From the IMG/VR virus record IMGVR_UViG_3300042554_001750: a stretch of 64,000 nt of DNA; one strand, 5' to 3'. Source of the stretch: a virus (taxonomy: Duplodnaviria; Caudoviricetes). Position numbers and translations under genes: made by a program. This document shows positions 57,401 to 62,908 of this stretch, one piece after another (position 1 is the first letter of the stretch; each line of letters begins with the position of its first letter). The notes below the pieces were generated by a model. That model was not told the origin of the DNA. It saw only the letters and a list, made by a program, of their open reading frames with translations, and searched no databases.

Positions 57401-58984
57401 GTTCGTTGAACTAAAATTCTTTTTACCTAAAATTTCTGTTTCTACATCTAATGTATTAGTAGCGTTGCTTTCAATTAATTTAATAATGCCAACTTTATTG
57501 GCACTTGTGCCATCTTGATAATATAGTGTATCTAATTGTGCGCTTAGGTATGGAATTAAAACTATAGTACCAAATTCATTTTTATAGAAGTTTCTGTTAC
57601 TGTAATTGGTACCAAAACTTGCAGTAATTTTTTGATTGGTTGGAATAGCACCAGCTGGAGATAAACTAATAACAGGATCACTACTGTTGTCTAAAAATGT
57701 AATTGTATAAAAATTTTCATTTACTGTAGTATAAAATCCTTGCTCTAATAAACCCTGATTAATATTACCAGTTAATGTTCCTGAAGCTGTTGTTAAAACG
57801 ACTGCAGGGCCACCTAGTGTTGAGCTTACAGTAAATTTAGTACCGTTAATAATACTACGGACATAATAAATTGTACCACCAGAAAATTCAGAATATACTG
57901 CTAAATTACCAAACGGAACTCCAGTGAAAGTTATTGTGTTACCAACGGTTAACACAGATGTGTCCGTGATCGTTACGGAATTGTCAACTGAACTAGTTGC
58001 TGTTGCTGTGACAGTCTGAGGTGCTGTTATATTGTTATTTTGATCGTAATTAGTGTAATCAAAGAAATTAGATACATAACCAATTTCATTAGAAACACCT
58101 GTGTTATAAAACATTACAGTAAGGCCATTTAGTGCTGTAATGCCATCAATGCTTCCTAATTCACTTAATCTTTTGCCATTTACTTCAGCAAAGGGTAAGG
58201 TACTTACCACAGACACAAGATTGTTGCCTGGGAAGTTATATTCATCTTGAGCGTTTTTAAACGGGACAGTAAAAGTAACTACACCTTGACTTATACCATT
58301 GTTGCTTACGCCATAAACTTCGCGTGTTTGTAAATTGGGCTGAGTTGGACTAAATCCAGTTACTCCCGGTACGCCTTGAATCCAAAATTCACTATCTTGA
58401 TTAACTGCAAAGGTATAAGTTCCACCTCTAAGTAAAGTTAATGTTGGGTTAGTAGAGCCAGCAGATGAACCAACCGGATAAATTGAGTAACCATTAATAA
58501 TATCTTGAACAATATAATCAATAGCACTGAATACTGTTTCGCTACTTACGGTAACTGATTCAGGACCTAATGGTAACCAATAGTATTGGTTAAAGTTAAT
58601 AACTTTATCTAAGTCTGTAAAACTATCCCAAGAGTAAAATTGGCTTTCAAAAAGACGGTTATTATTATTAGTAACTCCGCCATTGACTTTTAATGAGTCA
58701 ATAATACCTGGATAACTTATAAAATCTTTAGGGGTGTTTTTATTTGCATCAGTAAGAACAATACCTGGATCTAATTGATAGTCTGTTCTTGTTTTGGTTG
58801 GCTCTGTTACATAATAATTTTTAGCATTTATACCATAACCAAACTTACTACCTATATAACCTTCTATTTTTTTAGTACTAGGCTGATCAACAATCTGATC
58901 TAATGTCGCGGCTAAAAATTGCGCATTTGTAGGTGTTTTAAATATTTCAGGAAGAAAGTTTAAGGTTCTAATTCTTGTTGCCAT
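39488..58984 (-). CDS. giant (6498 aa) baseplate/tail-associated structural protein
   Basis: Uninterrupted ORF following gp6-like wedge; KPYHVVIKE motif; about 15 copies of a V.F.G..FGG.....YYV module. Confidence 0.75.
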   Translation of the reverse strand: MATRIRTLNFLPEIFKTPTNAQFLAATLDQIVDQPSTKKIEGYIGSKFGYGINAKNYYVTEPTKTRTDYQLDPGIVLTDANKNTPKDFISYPGIIDSLKVNGGVTNNNNRLFESQFYSWDSFTDLDKVINFNQYYWLPLGPESVTVSSETVFSAIDYIVQDIINGYSIYPVGSSAGSTNPTLTLLRGGTYTFAVNQDSEFWIQGVPGVTGFSPTQPNLQTREVYGVSNNGISQGVVTFTVPFKNAQDEYNFPGNNLVSVVSTLPFAEVNGKRLSELGSIDGITALNGLTVMFYNTGVSNEIGYVSNFFDYTNYDQNNNITAPQTVTATATSSVDNSVTITDTSVLTVGNTITFTGVPFGNLAVYSEFSGGTIYYVRSIINGTKFTVSSTLGGPAVVLTTASGTLTGNINQGLLEQGFYTTVNENFYTITFLDNSSDPVISLSPAGAIPTNQKITASFGTNYSNRNFYKNEFGTIVLIPYLSAQLDTLYYQDGTSANKVGIIKLIESNATNTLDVETEILGKKNFSSTNGIVFTNGLKVSFQGDVVPTSYLSGEYYVEGVGSHIELIPVDTLVVPEAFTESVLIPYDTTPYDFGNFDGDSFIPVSPDYITIARNSVNKNAWSRSNRWFHIDVINATAQYNNDPESVAIYATAAAKAKRPIIEFYPNLKLFNQGSSGKNPVDFVDFRTSDAFTYVAGQESYYPDVAVYTDYTSVIASTNYTQNRTITNTDGPSDTVTINSTTGFRVNDIIILDPPFSIGGLTYNTNYYVAEVVDGTTIKVSLSKNGAVINLTTAASVCTAKWYPQSTTIQVTTADIGNNEFVGVGTFTVGQYVADSTNLLPPNTIIESVTGTSTKTLVVSWGEDQSAYFNGTSVASIIAVPEGVNSYAVFDGARIIFAADTDENVRNKIYVVRFSSITGSSVPVITLTEADDGLVLPDQQTVAYRGYNYLGLEFWYDGIEWIKGQEKVTVNQAPLFDIFDNNGISFSDSTVYTGTDFSGSTLFQYGIGSGLDDNVLGFPLKYSSINNIGDISFDVTFNSDIFNYVSGSTPITEQVNKGYVYNYNYFGTLERLLGWQTAVSPSVQYQLFSFNYTLGSDPVFTVDVGLIPDTQTEWPIIQVFNNNTLLETSAYSVTSLDTSTVVTLDSAPVEDTVIQIAVLSSQVSENAYFTIPINLNNNPLNQDITVANLGDIRGQYQSIFYNNPNLTGQIFGSNNYRDSGNLVPWGNRIIQNSASLVLPGAFLRDPNTNIFNALSFNSKEYIKFKTLLVDTINNTDYSQQFDPSFILDDALDQMTASKTDNQSFFWSDMIPSKAAFVTNVYSFANSLDISRYPLTKIYDFSSANYSGILVYLTRTINNITTTQQLIINQDYTVSVDSPSLTVTYDLLPNDIITVKEYNQTYGSYVPNTPTKLGMYPASIPEIVLDSDYSTPTYFIKGHDGSYTKLYGDYDPQTGILVDFRDQALFEFEKRVYNNLKLSNVIPIKEYEVTPGFFRTTDYSYDEWLQIYTTNFLAWVGENRLNYKRQVYNKFDQYTYNYTDSGNKLNGQPIEQGYWRGIYQYFYDTTTPNLTPWEMIGYTNKPAWWEDRYGPAPYTSDNLVLWEDLENGIDYNNGNPVVIEQAIRPGLLEVLPVNSAGNLLSPFASVVGNYNPNLFQRDWKVGDDSPVELSYRRSSSYPFDLMRILALMKPAKFFNLAADIDNYKYNYEFNQYLVNDRSHLVISDIQIYGNGIAKTSYINWIVDYQKQIGIDATTKVTELLQNLDVRLVYRMAGFSDKTFLKFYVEKGTPNSRNASLLIPDESYSLLLYENQPFTKLIYSGIIIQIVPEGYAVYGNSQTQAYFTTLAPRINVDSEIINVESTSVTVYTKPSETEVIVPYGTIFYTIQEVSQFLINYGFYLEANGMVFEEVENGLEVNWKQMVAEFLYWAQTGWEQGSIVTVNPAAKSLTINKDGYVVQPLTFQQSNFILNENLYPIQTKDLSIVRDQTLFNVVPQNTGDTLAYGQFNINNIEHGIVFDNITLFDDVIYNLITGLRQLRITCRGTKTAEWNGTVTTSGFILNQDNITEWSKEFKYTKGSIVKYKNKYWTALKVVQPNNIFNELDWKLTEYGEIQKGLLSNSSTRSYESTLYYDVDRANLEKDADLLSFSLIGYRPRDYLALADLTDITQVNVYKNMIKNKGTLNAVSAFRGANLPQGGIDYEVYENWAIKSGEFGGVLNSNFVDFKLNQNSLVGNPSIVSLTDGSNTEGSQQEVPLSSLYNYDRPITDPNILATVPSEEPSTLFPDAGYVNLNDVKMSSFYLSQIAAAVDKNGLIVPLDRFYVGDYVWIANYLGTWNVYSPVSMGQVIGALNNLNGTVTITFKEQHNLTQYDPLAILNFDTAVNGYYIAALIVDPYRIIINLQMDPSIITLTGQGVGFKFQQQRVATPADIINLPLLNTEFEKNKVWVDTNNNGSWAVFRKDLNYTYQKQFTRPTGQAFGSAVAYSTNLGYLIGDEAEGAVYRYTYNELLQDWQLIQTITHGTSFGTTIEYADDIFVISEPTGSKEVHIYRLDQTISSDDLVVYQTPISAPANSVNWGQAVAISGDKNWIFISDFDNTVSPNLVHVYRKSQLTDEYEFATTVTVSGLVAGDNFGYAIATDYTGENIVISAPNVSYSVTIDDYGYAYAFNRIVQKIEVQNNSQPDIPQSFELAYTPTTVSKVLASTTAPSTLTLTTSAASLNVDDPIVFLGAGLQNTLISPNQVYYIASKSGNDITIKTSRASLSAFTVTTQGSVNATVSVQNTPIYLSVNNTLIDDNQYAIINNTLYYYGSLTAGDIITVSGQLFVNTQRFSTDTTPLIGVEFGHSLDIATKGNEIIIGAPFQLNTQLQEGAVYRFTNSGSNYGYIIGTDPVALTTNSNILINGYLVKLTPGNASSVASTINQTNITNVTATATPDNRLIIGLINNDLSVPNQQLTLGVMNNTVLAELGITLFTETQVIQCPHTEGPTQFGSTVKFGSNGSFVASAPTGSRFSETTFDFSDDNYFDNDTIFDNNTTQFIEEFDNAGAVYMFDYLPVYAESINNTGKYVYAQSVNARNLDFGAQPLYGHALDFNDNTVAIGTPTFRPGFDNGQVIGYNNITGKQDWSVYRSSSAVVDIDKINNAQIYSAQTNETLVNLDYIDPLQGKILGAVRQNIDFVSNNDPARYNNQGNIETSITWGPVQVGQIWLNTSTLRFVNYHQDDAVYNSQYWGTLFPGSTVQAFTWVESTQLPVDYAGPGTPFDITQFVINYNLNDAGNLIPTYYYWVRNTNTVYTLAGKSLADSVIESYIANPEDSGISYFVPLLPNAFGLYNIQEYLNANDSVFHIGFATGTNQDVAHNQFSLIRANYADDFLPGIPTNLSNQSVNSDYNFSVNPQGLYDRLLDSLSGVDETGQVVPNPYLPKAVQTGILARPRQSFFLNRFMALKNYLLYANEILSQFPIAEIRENITFLNEKNPTIYDPNDPTVVLFEEGEKYDVSDGRYWEFTNWWADGYSDSTKSALQVPLYSDLSTLSVPNGTIVTVKQNSRGFSETYIKDVTGWTRIGLQNGTIKFNSALWDYASARLGFGDNFYDTTPYDEYPSEETRFIIRALNEQIYTNELLIYRNRSLILLFEYIQSETIENQNYLPWLNKTSFVDVAHKIRELRPIEVFQSDNQDFLSGYLNEVKPYHVVIKEFLFEYTGSDTFEGDVTDFDLPAQYSSTSREFITPELVYINPNTDNQFTPDNSIWSNPNYTQWKQNYGVKIGQAVQQGDSTQLFGQLNYPMSRLTSYVTLNSTSLTVNNAYGFPINGVIKIGNEEIGYSSVDSATGSLLGLTRGVNETTVTAHLPGEEIFMDLPPVVVVDAGRGYVNPPKITAYVDPQITKTAEYYGSITGSTLTITTIVNGQVNVGDYLDAPGIIPQTIIVSQLTTNTYQINVAQELTTEVLFTQYSGPVIPAQLQAVMALDSVLRIDVINSGSGYAATPQIIIEPATVITFSSDDVIISTDSVRLYAPLLQTGDLVQYVVGADSTRIPGLVNNQWYYVNVLENNPTVIIAFYNNYANAINDHDRVPLHGIGTGNNQNLNLGARAYTIGTSSPVRENNITLRFDRTTYDSQIIDWQAGNFYGAYYAGQYNNSESVSSSSILLQSTQPPIESILASGQGVAFEIVNVTNDQQVTFSSLARNVVATHAGTDIIDLAPLGGGIGDTASGTTIGFYIGMPVKFIGAVGASNIVYGEVYYVTEIVSSTEFKINNTLGNQTISAAGLNCFVGEVVNTAVLTINYPGIYSCTATNKTTNTITAPLSLLGTGGTIGFYTGLPVFFTGDVFSGVIENDVYYITSVCDKQTFTVSRNPDPLIVSVQGTQSPNIVLLAEETTKLQVNNPIIFNESVGGIVAGTVYYVATVLGLDQIQISTQVNGAILSLSTASASSSATLTSQVDVLQITETLTGNMTINVNLPVSPGQINGQKFTLYPTSGIFSGPFTGETTNDLIERSISATITTVNRVALSTSSGGLTNVYVNMPFTIDTNIGGLTTGTTYYVLDTGVISIAATSTSSSTNEITCDTTESLYVDMPITFSGFGLGGIQIDQTYYVESIIDSTHFKITDFPGGVVVTLTTQNGSMTGTGEPYITVSTSAGGAEVSLSSATATATVTLTQEITTSATYDISWILGGYKVTIINAGEGYALENTINIPGTNFGGTTPANDVNLIVNSIDANGEVTSFIVNGTIPATSSDYYLKVISENELEVYSNSLMTIPVSGIGFGYNGITSTGVTACTASTDRFTVTSSSDFDLNDPVVFTGTVFGGVTLGQTYYIKSKPTSTTITVSEIPGGTTFNVSADATGSMTVAKSGDYALLPEPFYFNQSIVKFNNQVYVCVVSNNDTEFVLGKWELLDSGDRRLNALDRIMGYYQPTVNMPGLDLTQLVTGITYPNSTYLGNAFAPDDQYSLDVILPSTSFTQTDVDSTSAVYGLDKFYVTFNTADYSAIATEANSWISTKLAGSNVNLTDSLYHDGEYLVTSTNYATPIFKSTDGEIWTVKGTAGNYNINSIGVYNTGSQNYYAAGGTNAILISSDTNNWSAINPYYLPSLSYTVYGLTGVNINSGFNGLIAVGSGEQQIGGNIYPRGTFIAALNGSNWTQFNPINYKGLRAVTSGTFTSTGVGNIIAVGEDGIIYKSFDGNNWNGLNEAVVLNSYGTTNKVQIVPGTTFTVGQKVKFTGSSFGGITTGTNYWVKSVDTGDNTIVLSSASSLIPTVALTTASPVFLTTVTVADEETLNDVKFVSSIITAGNFIIGQVYIIETAGTTDFISLGAANNNPGTIFVALGTGSGTGTATFETLIAVGNNGTIVTSTDFATWTTQVSNTTNNLKGIAVDETNGRILVVGENNTALISYDGGVTWVDDAIIIQLESTYDIQGGEFTDGYGPEELVPGVVTDTLMMTVATRPGTTWEATEYQHVGFNVISLELTPSFELQTEYVFHNVAQTPAQISVYQTSGVTGLSTRLYETIDYTVNWIDSIITLNNALPFSPITDSLRVDIYETGNGNQLVKADTQTDPIRYNETTGFNEIFVNCNYSAPSFNGSGVIQPNTNPVSVQATETISLSNSIVCESVREFNLNDPIRFQGITFGGLLEDTNYYVKTISLASSSITVSTSIDLSTGVAGPTFAVTDDTGSMYAIIQVGSGVTWTDPLIYHNGTKLVHGTTGTVTKTNGATNTVTCNTTSAMVVGDKIVFSNTIFGGVIQPLTTYYIESIVDNNEFTISLTQGGPAIALTTDTGGAQLITRDYAFGLQPNGIQAKIIFSAPYVNGIDFLSYTLFGETNPQQYGYSIPELQMFVGDGVTSTFNLTNFVDLNNAANAVVEINGLRLDNTDYTINSSAETITFTTIPSLNDNIAVTTFNDTSRQYLNSQFGITGETVANIVSINNNISSPSASTQATATTSATDYITVISTTNFTVNDIVIFQGTSFGGVLTDGTVYFVRSVDSLTEFTIKDSTGTLVPVSDAVGTMNVIVGGNPAVRITTGINHNFVTNDIVRIDGTTGSTQLNNNLYYVQVINDTSFWIYQTEYDPAFNAVNSPITQITAYTGAGYVWVSDTFTLQTSTVTSTSSTGNIITVADGSSLVAGTPIVFTQIGDPLGTTIIGGLVTGTVYYIKTRASNNITISETYDGTVKTLTSGTAAPNTITISQWEQVNVDRLWVTVNGYRVPSSSLRINAGNQISILETIITTDVVIITSMMPSATPNEEVYVLTVNSVNEATVYRANSLSRTWMTQDLYNTDNIIYVNDIVHLTDNVIQNVTTPSLLNGVYDIGLTADKRIITGISVYNNTTSQLIGSSNYEIVVEELSPILRINQGNYITAGDSLTIVVLEGNLVSINGEQIRFRTVNPVITAGEIVYGQKYTIETVGSTDFTLYGASSNTVGVTFTATNNNTIIPGSGTVIALNALYNLQRGANGTGEQVIIPKYSEVYSYLSNNRMTNIQYNQTWNSYTFNTTLGDPLQISTTASAIFLNQDQT

Positions 58985-58994
58985 AATATATTAC

Positions 58995-61900
58995 TTATCT
59001 TATTTGTAATTCGGCGGGTGTGAGAGCCGGAATAACCAAAACATCGTTTGCTGTTGCAGCATTTACAAATATCTCATAAGGAGCACATTTTATTTCATAT
59101 AAATCCCCGAAATTCATAGTTGGATCGTTTGGAACTAAAACTGCTGAACTTATTAAATCACCACACTCATTGTGTAGATATGCACTTAGTTCACTAAAGA
59201 AAAAGGTATCACCAAAGTTCCAATTGTTGATTGAAAAATAGTTATTCATTGCTGTCAATACTGCACTACGGATTTCGCTATCGCTAGCATTTGTTGTGCT
59301 ATCTTTAATAACTTTAACTGTTGCTCTTAATGCCGGCGCTGCCTTTTCACCAAACAATGGTTTAAAAATTACACTGTTAAGAATTACACTATCGCTTAAC
59401 ATCTTAAAGTTATTTACTTGGCTATATTCTTGATTTAATTCAGTAATTGTAGGTTTATTAGGTTCAGCTACTGTTCCAGTTACATCTTGAATCCAATTTT
59501 GATAAGCCGTATAATAAGCTTGGGTTACTACATATAAATCAATAATATTTGTTGTAGCTGGATCAATTCGTGTTGTATTATTGCTATTATGACGGTACTG
59601 GAATTGCAATCCTTGACGACCAGGCTTAATACTATATTGCGGTTGTTCAACTAATGTATAAGAAGGTGTTGTAACTGTTTGATCTTGAAATGATTTATAG
59701 AATTTATTTTCTACATAGGCGTAAAATAATTGACCAACTGGATAATCATATTTTACGATTTCAATATCAGATTTATTACCATATGTATATACAACATCGC
59801 TTGTAGGTACTATTTGAAATCTGGTTAATGATAAAGCATCTTGAATTAATTCAAAGAAAACATAAATTCCAGTATTATTACCACCATATACATATCCTGT
59901 AACAGTCGTAAAGAAATCTGGATTTGTTATAATAGTTCTGTTATTAACATCTGTAGTAGAAACTTCAACTTCAAAATCATTTATATAACCATCACTCTCT
60001 ACTGTTTGACCAATAATATTAGTTTTTACATCAATGTTTAATGGACTACTAGAGTTTGGTTGTGAATTAGTTTTTAAAATGTTTACGAAATCTTGAAGAA
60101 TTTTTCCAGTAAAAGGATCATAAACTAGTTTATCTCTTTCAAAACTAAATCTTGTATCTGCTACGCTACCAAAGTAATATGCCAATGATCTATATGTTAC
60201 TGCATATCTATTATTTCCCAAACTTAAAAAGTTTACAAAATAATTTGGTGCATTATAATTCTCAATAAACCAACGATCTTGTGCAATAGTTAGTGAATTA
60301 TTGAACACCAATGAAAAACTTTGCTGAAGTTGCATTTTAATTCTGCACTCAGTAATAATGTCGTTTGACAATGTATTATCAAATGACGGTATAATACTAG
60401 TTGAATTACTACTATTAACTGGATCCGTTAATGTAGCACCATTAGGAACATAACCATTTAATGTAACTGGGCCGGTACCATTTGTAAATCCACCTCTACC
60501 GTTATTGTATCCATCACCAATAACATTTATAACAGTAGTCCAAATAAATGTTGGATTATTTGGGCCTGGAATTCCTGCAACTAAGCGATTGTTATCATCA
60601 AAATAATAACCAATTGGCGCATAGAATTTTAGTAAAGCACCCTTTGTGATATACTTGACATTATTAGAGCTATAAGTTCCAATTGGAATAGGAGTATCTA
60701 TTCCATTTTGAATAATGTAAAAATATCCTGTAATTGAATTGGCATCTACAGTTTTTGTTTGCCAATAAACAGTGCCATCACCGGTAGATGAATTAACTGC
60801 ATATCTAGGATAAGTTTGAATATAATATTGTAGAGCACGGTTGCTTGCTAACGCATTTGCTAATGAGTCAGTTAAGAATCTAATAATATTACCAGTATTG
60901 GTAATAGTTAATGAAAGATTTCCTAAGGCATCGTTTTCATACAATGCACCATCATTGGCAAAAGTATTGGTACTTGAGTACTTGCCGGTTGGATCTAATA
61001 AATCTAAATTTTTGCTAACACCAATACTACTACGGTTAATTGCTTTTGACTTGATAATTGAACTGTATAGTGTATATGGGAAGTTGTTATAATCTTCACC
61101 ATTGACCATACGGTTTTGAGTATAATAGCGTGTGGGTGCTCTTTGTTTAATTTGTGCTAAAGGCTCACGGGCTTGAGCGTTGCTGACAGGAGTTGTTAAC
61201 TCTAAGCTAAGAGTTAATGATTCTACTCTACCTATTCTACTGATATAGTTAAAGGTAACTGAAATGCCCTGCATCTCATTTGGATCAATAGTATATGTAA
61301 TACCATTACTGGATCTTACATATGCTCTAAAGTTTCCAACAGGGATCTTGCTAAAGACACCGTCACCGAATACATAACTTACTTGGTCGTTGAATCTAGA
61401 ATTCACGCTGAAAACTTCGCGTCTGCTACTCTCAGTCTGAAGATATGCGTCAGCATAAATGTTATCTACTTTTTTCCACAATACATTTGTTTGATTTGTA
61501 TCACTTAGTTGATATAACCAAGTATCAGTATTATTAATACCTTGAATGTCAATATCAATAACCTGATTGGCAATTTGCTGTTCTAAAGAAAAATCTGAAT
61601 TTTGCAAAGTACCTTGTTTGAAATAGAAAAAATATCCTGTATTTGGGCTACCATAGCCTAGTCTGTCATTTCTATACAGCATGTTAAATCTGCCACTAGG
61701 TGCAGGAGGTATTTCATAGATAGTATCGCTGTCCACACTAGACACACTAACTAATTCAAAACCCATATTGATGCCATCAACTACGCTACTAAACGGAACG
61801 ATAGGTAAGCTGTTCTGTGGGATTGATAACGAATATTCGCTAGTAGTTACTCCTAAGATTTCAGCAACATTACCGGGTCTTCCGATTCGTTGTGTATTAA

Positions 61901-62393
61901 TCAAGGCAGCGTTGATAATTGTGTTAAATTGTTCTAACCAATTTGAATTAGCAGGGTCATTCCATAAAATTGGAATGTTACTTAAATTGTTTCCATTTAG
62001 ATCAGTAATATTCTGAGTAGTTTGTATACTGGTAACTTTCAAATACCCTTGCGCTGTTAAATTTCTTTTTGGAGTATAGCTAACTAAATTTGCTAGTTTA
62101 ATAACTGAATCACGGCGTTCAGCAGTATCAATAAAGTTTTCACGGGTATTTAAGTCATTTCTGAAGGCAAGACCTTGGCCCATGAAGGCGATAACATCTA
62201 ATAGTGCAATAAATTCACTGGATTCAATATAATCATTGAATGTTTCTGGGTAGTAAGTACGAAGGTAATCAATGAAACTTTTACGCAGGGTTTCGTAGTC
62301 ATAGCTACGGAAATCAGCCTCTCTAAATGTCTGGTAGAAGGCTTTCCAATCATTAACCCCAAAAAGTGCGGATTGTCTTGAACTTGTTGCCAT
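58995..62393 (-). CDS. baseplate wedge subunit (T4 gp6-like)
   Basis: DFRSYDYETLRKSFIDYLR, LLDVIAF, FIDTA.RRDSV..LA.LVSY.P, IKQRAP..Y..QNRMV..EDY. Confidence 0.85.
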   Translation of the reverse strand: MATSSRQSALFGVNDWKAFYQTFREADFRSYDYETLRKSFIDYLRTYYPETFNDYIESSEFIALLDVIAFMGQGLAFRNDLNTRENFIDTAERRDSVIKLANLVSYTPKRNLTAQGYLKVTSIQTTQNITDLNGNNLSNIPILWNDPANSNWLEQFNTIINAALINTQRIGRPGNVAEILGVTTSEYSLSIPQNSLPIVPFSSVVDGINMGFELVSVSSVDSDTIYEIPPAPSGRFNMLYRNDRLGYGSPNTGYFFYFKQGTLQNSDFSLEQQIANQVIDIDIQGINNTDTWLYQLSDTNQTNVLWKKVDNIYADAYLQTESSRREVFSVNSRFNDQVSYVFGDGVFSKIPVGNFRAYVRSSNGITYTIDPNEMQGISVTFNYISRIGRVESLTLSLELTTPVSNAQAREPLAQIKQRAPTRYYTQNRMVNGEDYNNFPYTLYSSIIKSKAINRSSIGVSKNLDLLDPTGKYSSTNTFANDGALYENDALGNLSLTITNTGNIIRFLTDSLANALASNRALQYYIQTYPRYAVNSSTGDGTVYWQTKTVDANSITGYFYIIQNGIDTPIPIGTYSSNNVKYITKGALLKFYAPIGYYFDDNNRLVAGIPGPNNPTFIWTTVINVIGDGYNNGRGGFTNGTGPVTLNGYVPNGATLTDPVNSSNSTSIIPSFDNTLSNDIITECRIKMQLQQSFSLVFNNSLTIAQDRWFIENYNAPNYFVNFLSLGNNRYAVTYRSLAYYFGSVADTRFSFERDKLVYDPFTGKILQDFVNILKTNSQPNSSSPLNIDVKTNIIGQTVESDGYINDFEVEVSTTDVNNRTIITNPDFFTTVTGYVYGGNNTGIYVFFELIQDALSLTRFQIVPTSDVVYTYGNKSDIEIVKYDYPVGQLFYAYVENKFYKSFQDQTVTTPSYTLVEQPQYSIKPGRQGLQFQYRHNSNNTTRIDPATTNIIDLYVVTQAYYTAYQNWIQDVTGTVAEPNKPTITELNQEYSQVNNFKMLSDSVILNSVIFKPLFGEKAAPALRATVKVIKDSTTNASDSEIRSAVLTAMNNYFSINNWNFGDTFFFSELSAYLHNECGDLISSAVLVPNDPTMNFGDLYEIKCAPYEIFVNAATANDVLVIPALTPAELQIR

Positions 62394-62411
62394 AGAATAT
62401 TCTCTTTTAAG

Positions 62412-62418
62412 TATTTAT
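62412..62418 (-). promoter_or_regulatory. late promoter variant ATAAATA
   Basis: GATAAATAC 19 nt upstream of the ATG at 62393. Confidence 0.5.
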
Positions 62419-62446
62419 CATACCTAAAACCTGGCGTTTTTAAGGG

Positions 62447-62896
62447 TTATTGAATAATTGCTTGATTCAAATCTCTGTCAAAGAATACACTTAAAATCTG
62501 TGCGTCATTAAACGGAGCAATAGCTAATTCAACTTCTAATAGTATCCCGTTTTCTTGGGGGAATGCTTTGACATAATTTATTATAAGTCTTGGATCTAAA
62601 CTAGCAACTCTACGAATTTCATTTTCTAATTGAAACTGTACATCGGCTGTATTAGGTTCAAACACAAAGCTCCAAAGAGTTGTACCATATTCAGGCTTTC
62701 CAACTTTTTGCCCTTGTTGTATATTCAGTGCGTTGACAAAATCTTGTATAACCAACGGTTGATCAACTAACCTATACTTTTTTCCAAAGTTAATAGGCTT
62801 TACTACACTACCAAATCCACCGTCTACCCCTCCCGGAGCATTGGTTGTTCGTGGTTGATTTGACCCTATTGTGCTAAATCCAATGTATGTAGGCAT
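62447..62896 (-). CDS. baseplate wedge subunit (T4 gp25-like)
   Basis: L....GQKVGKPEYGT.LW..VFEP, I......DPRL motifs. Confidence 0.85.
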   Translation of the reverse strand: MPTYIGFSTIGSNQPRTTNAPGGVDGGFGSVVKPINFGKKYRLVDQPLVIQDFVNALNIQQGQKVGKPEYGTTLWSFVFEPNTADVQFQLENEIRRVASLDPRLIINYVKAFPQENGILLEVELAIAPFNDAQILSVFFDRDLNQAIIQ

Positions 62897-62900
62897 ATAT

Positions 62901-62908
62901 TATTTATA
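62901..62908 (-). promoter_or_regulatory. T4 late promoter consensus TATAAATA
   Basis: Exact match 5 nt upstream of the gp25-like ATG. Confidence 0.6.

Noticed and set aside
39488-62393. Inteins, introns, homing endonucleases or transposases in the giant ORFs
   Set aside because: No LAGLIDADG, HNH, GIY-YIG or DDE motifs, nor intein splice-junction motifs, recognised; length is explained by repeats
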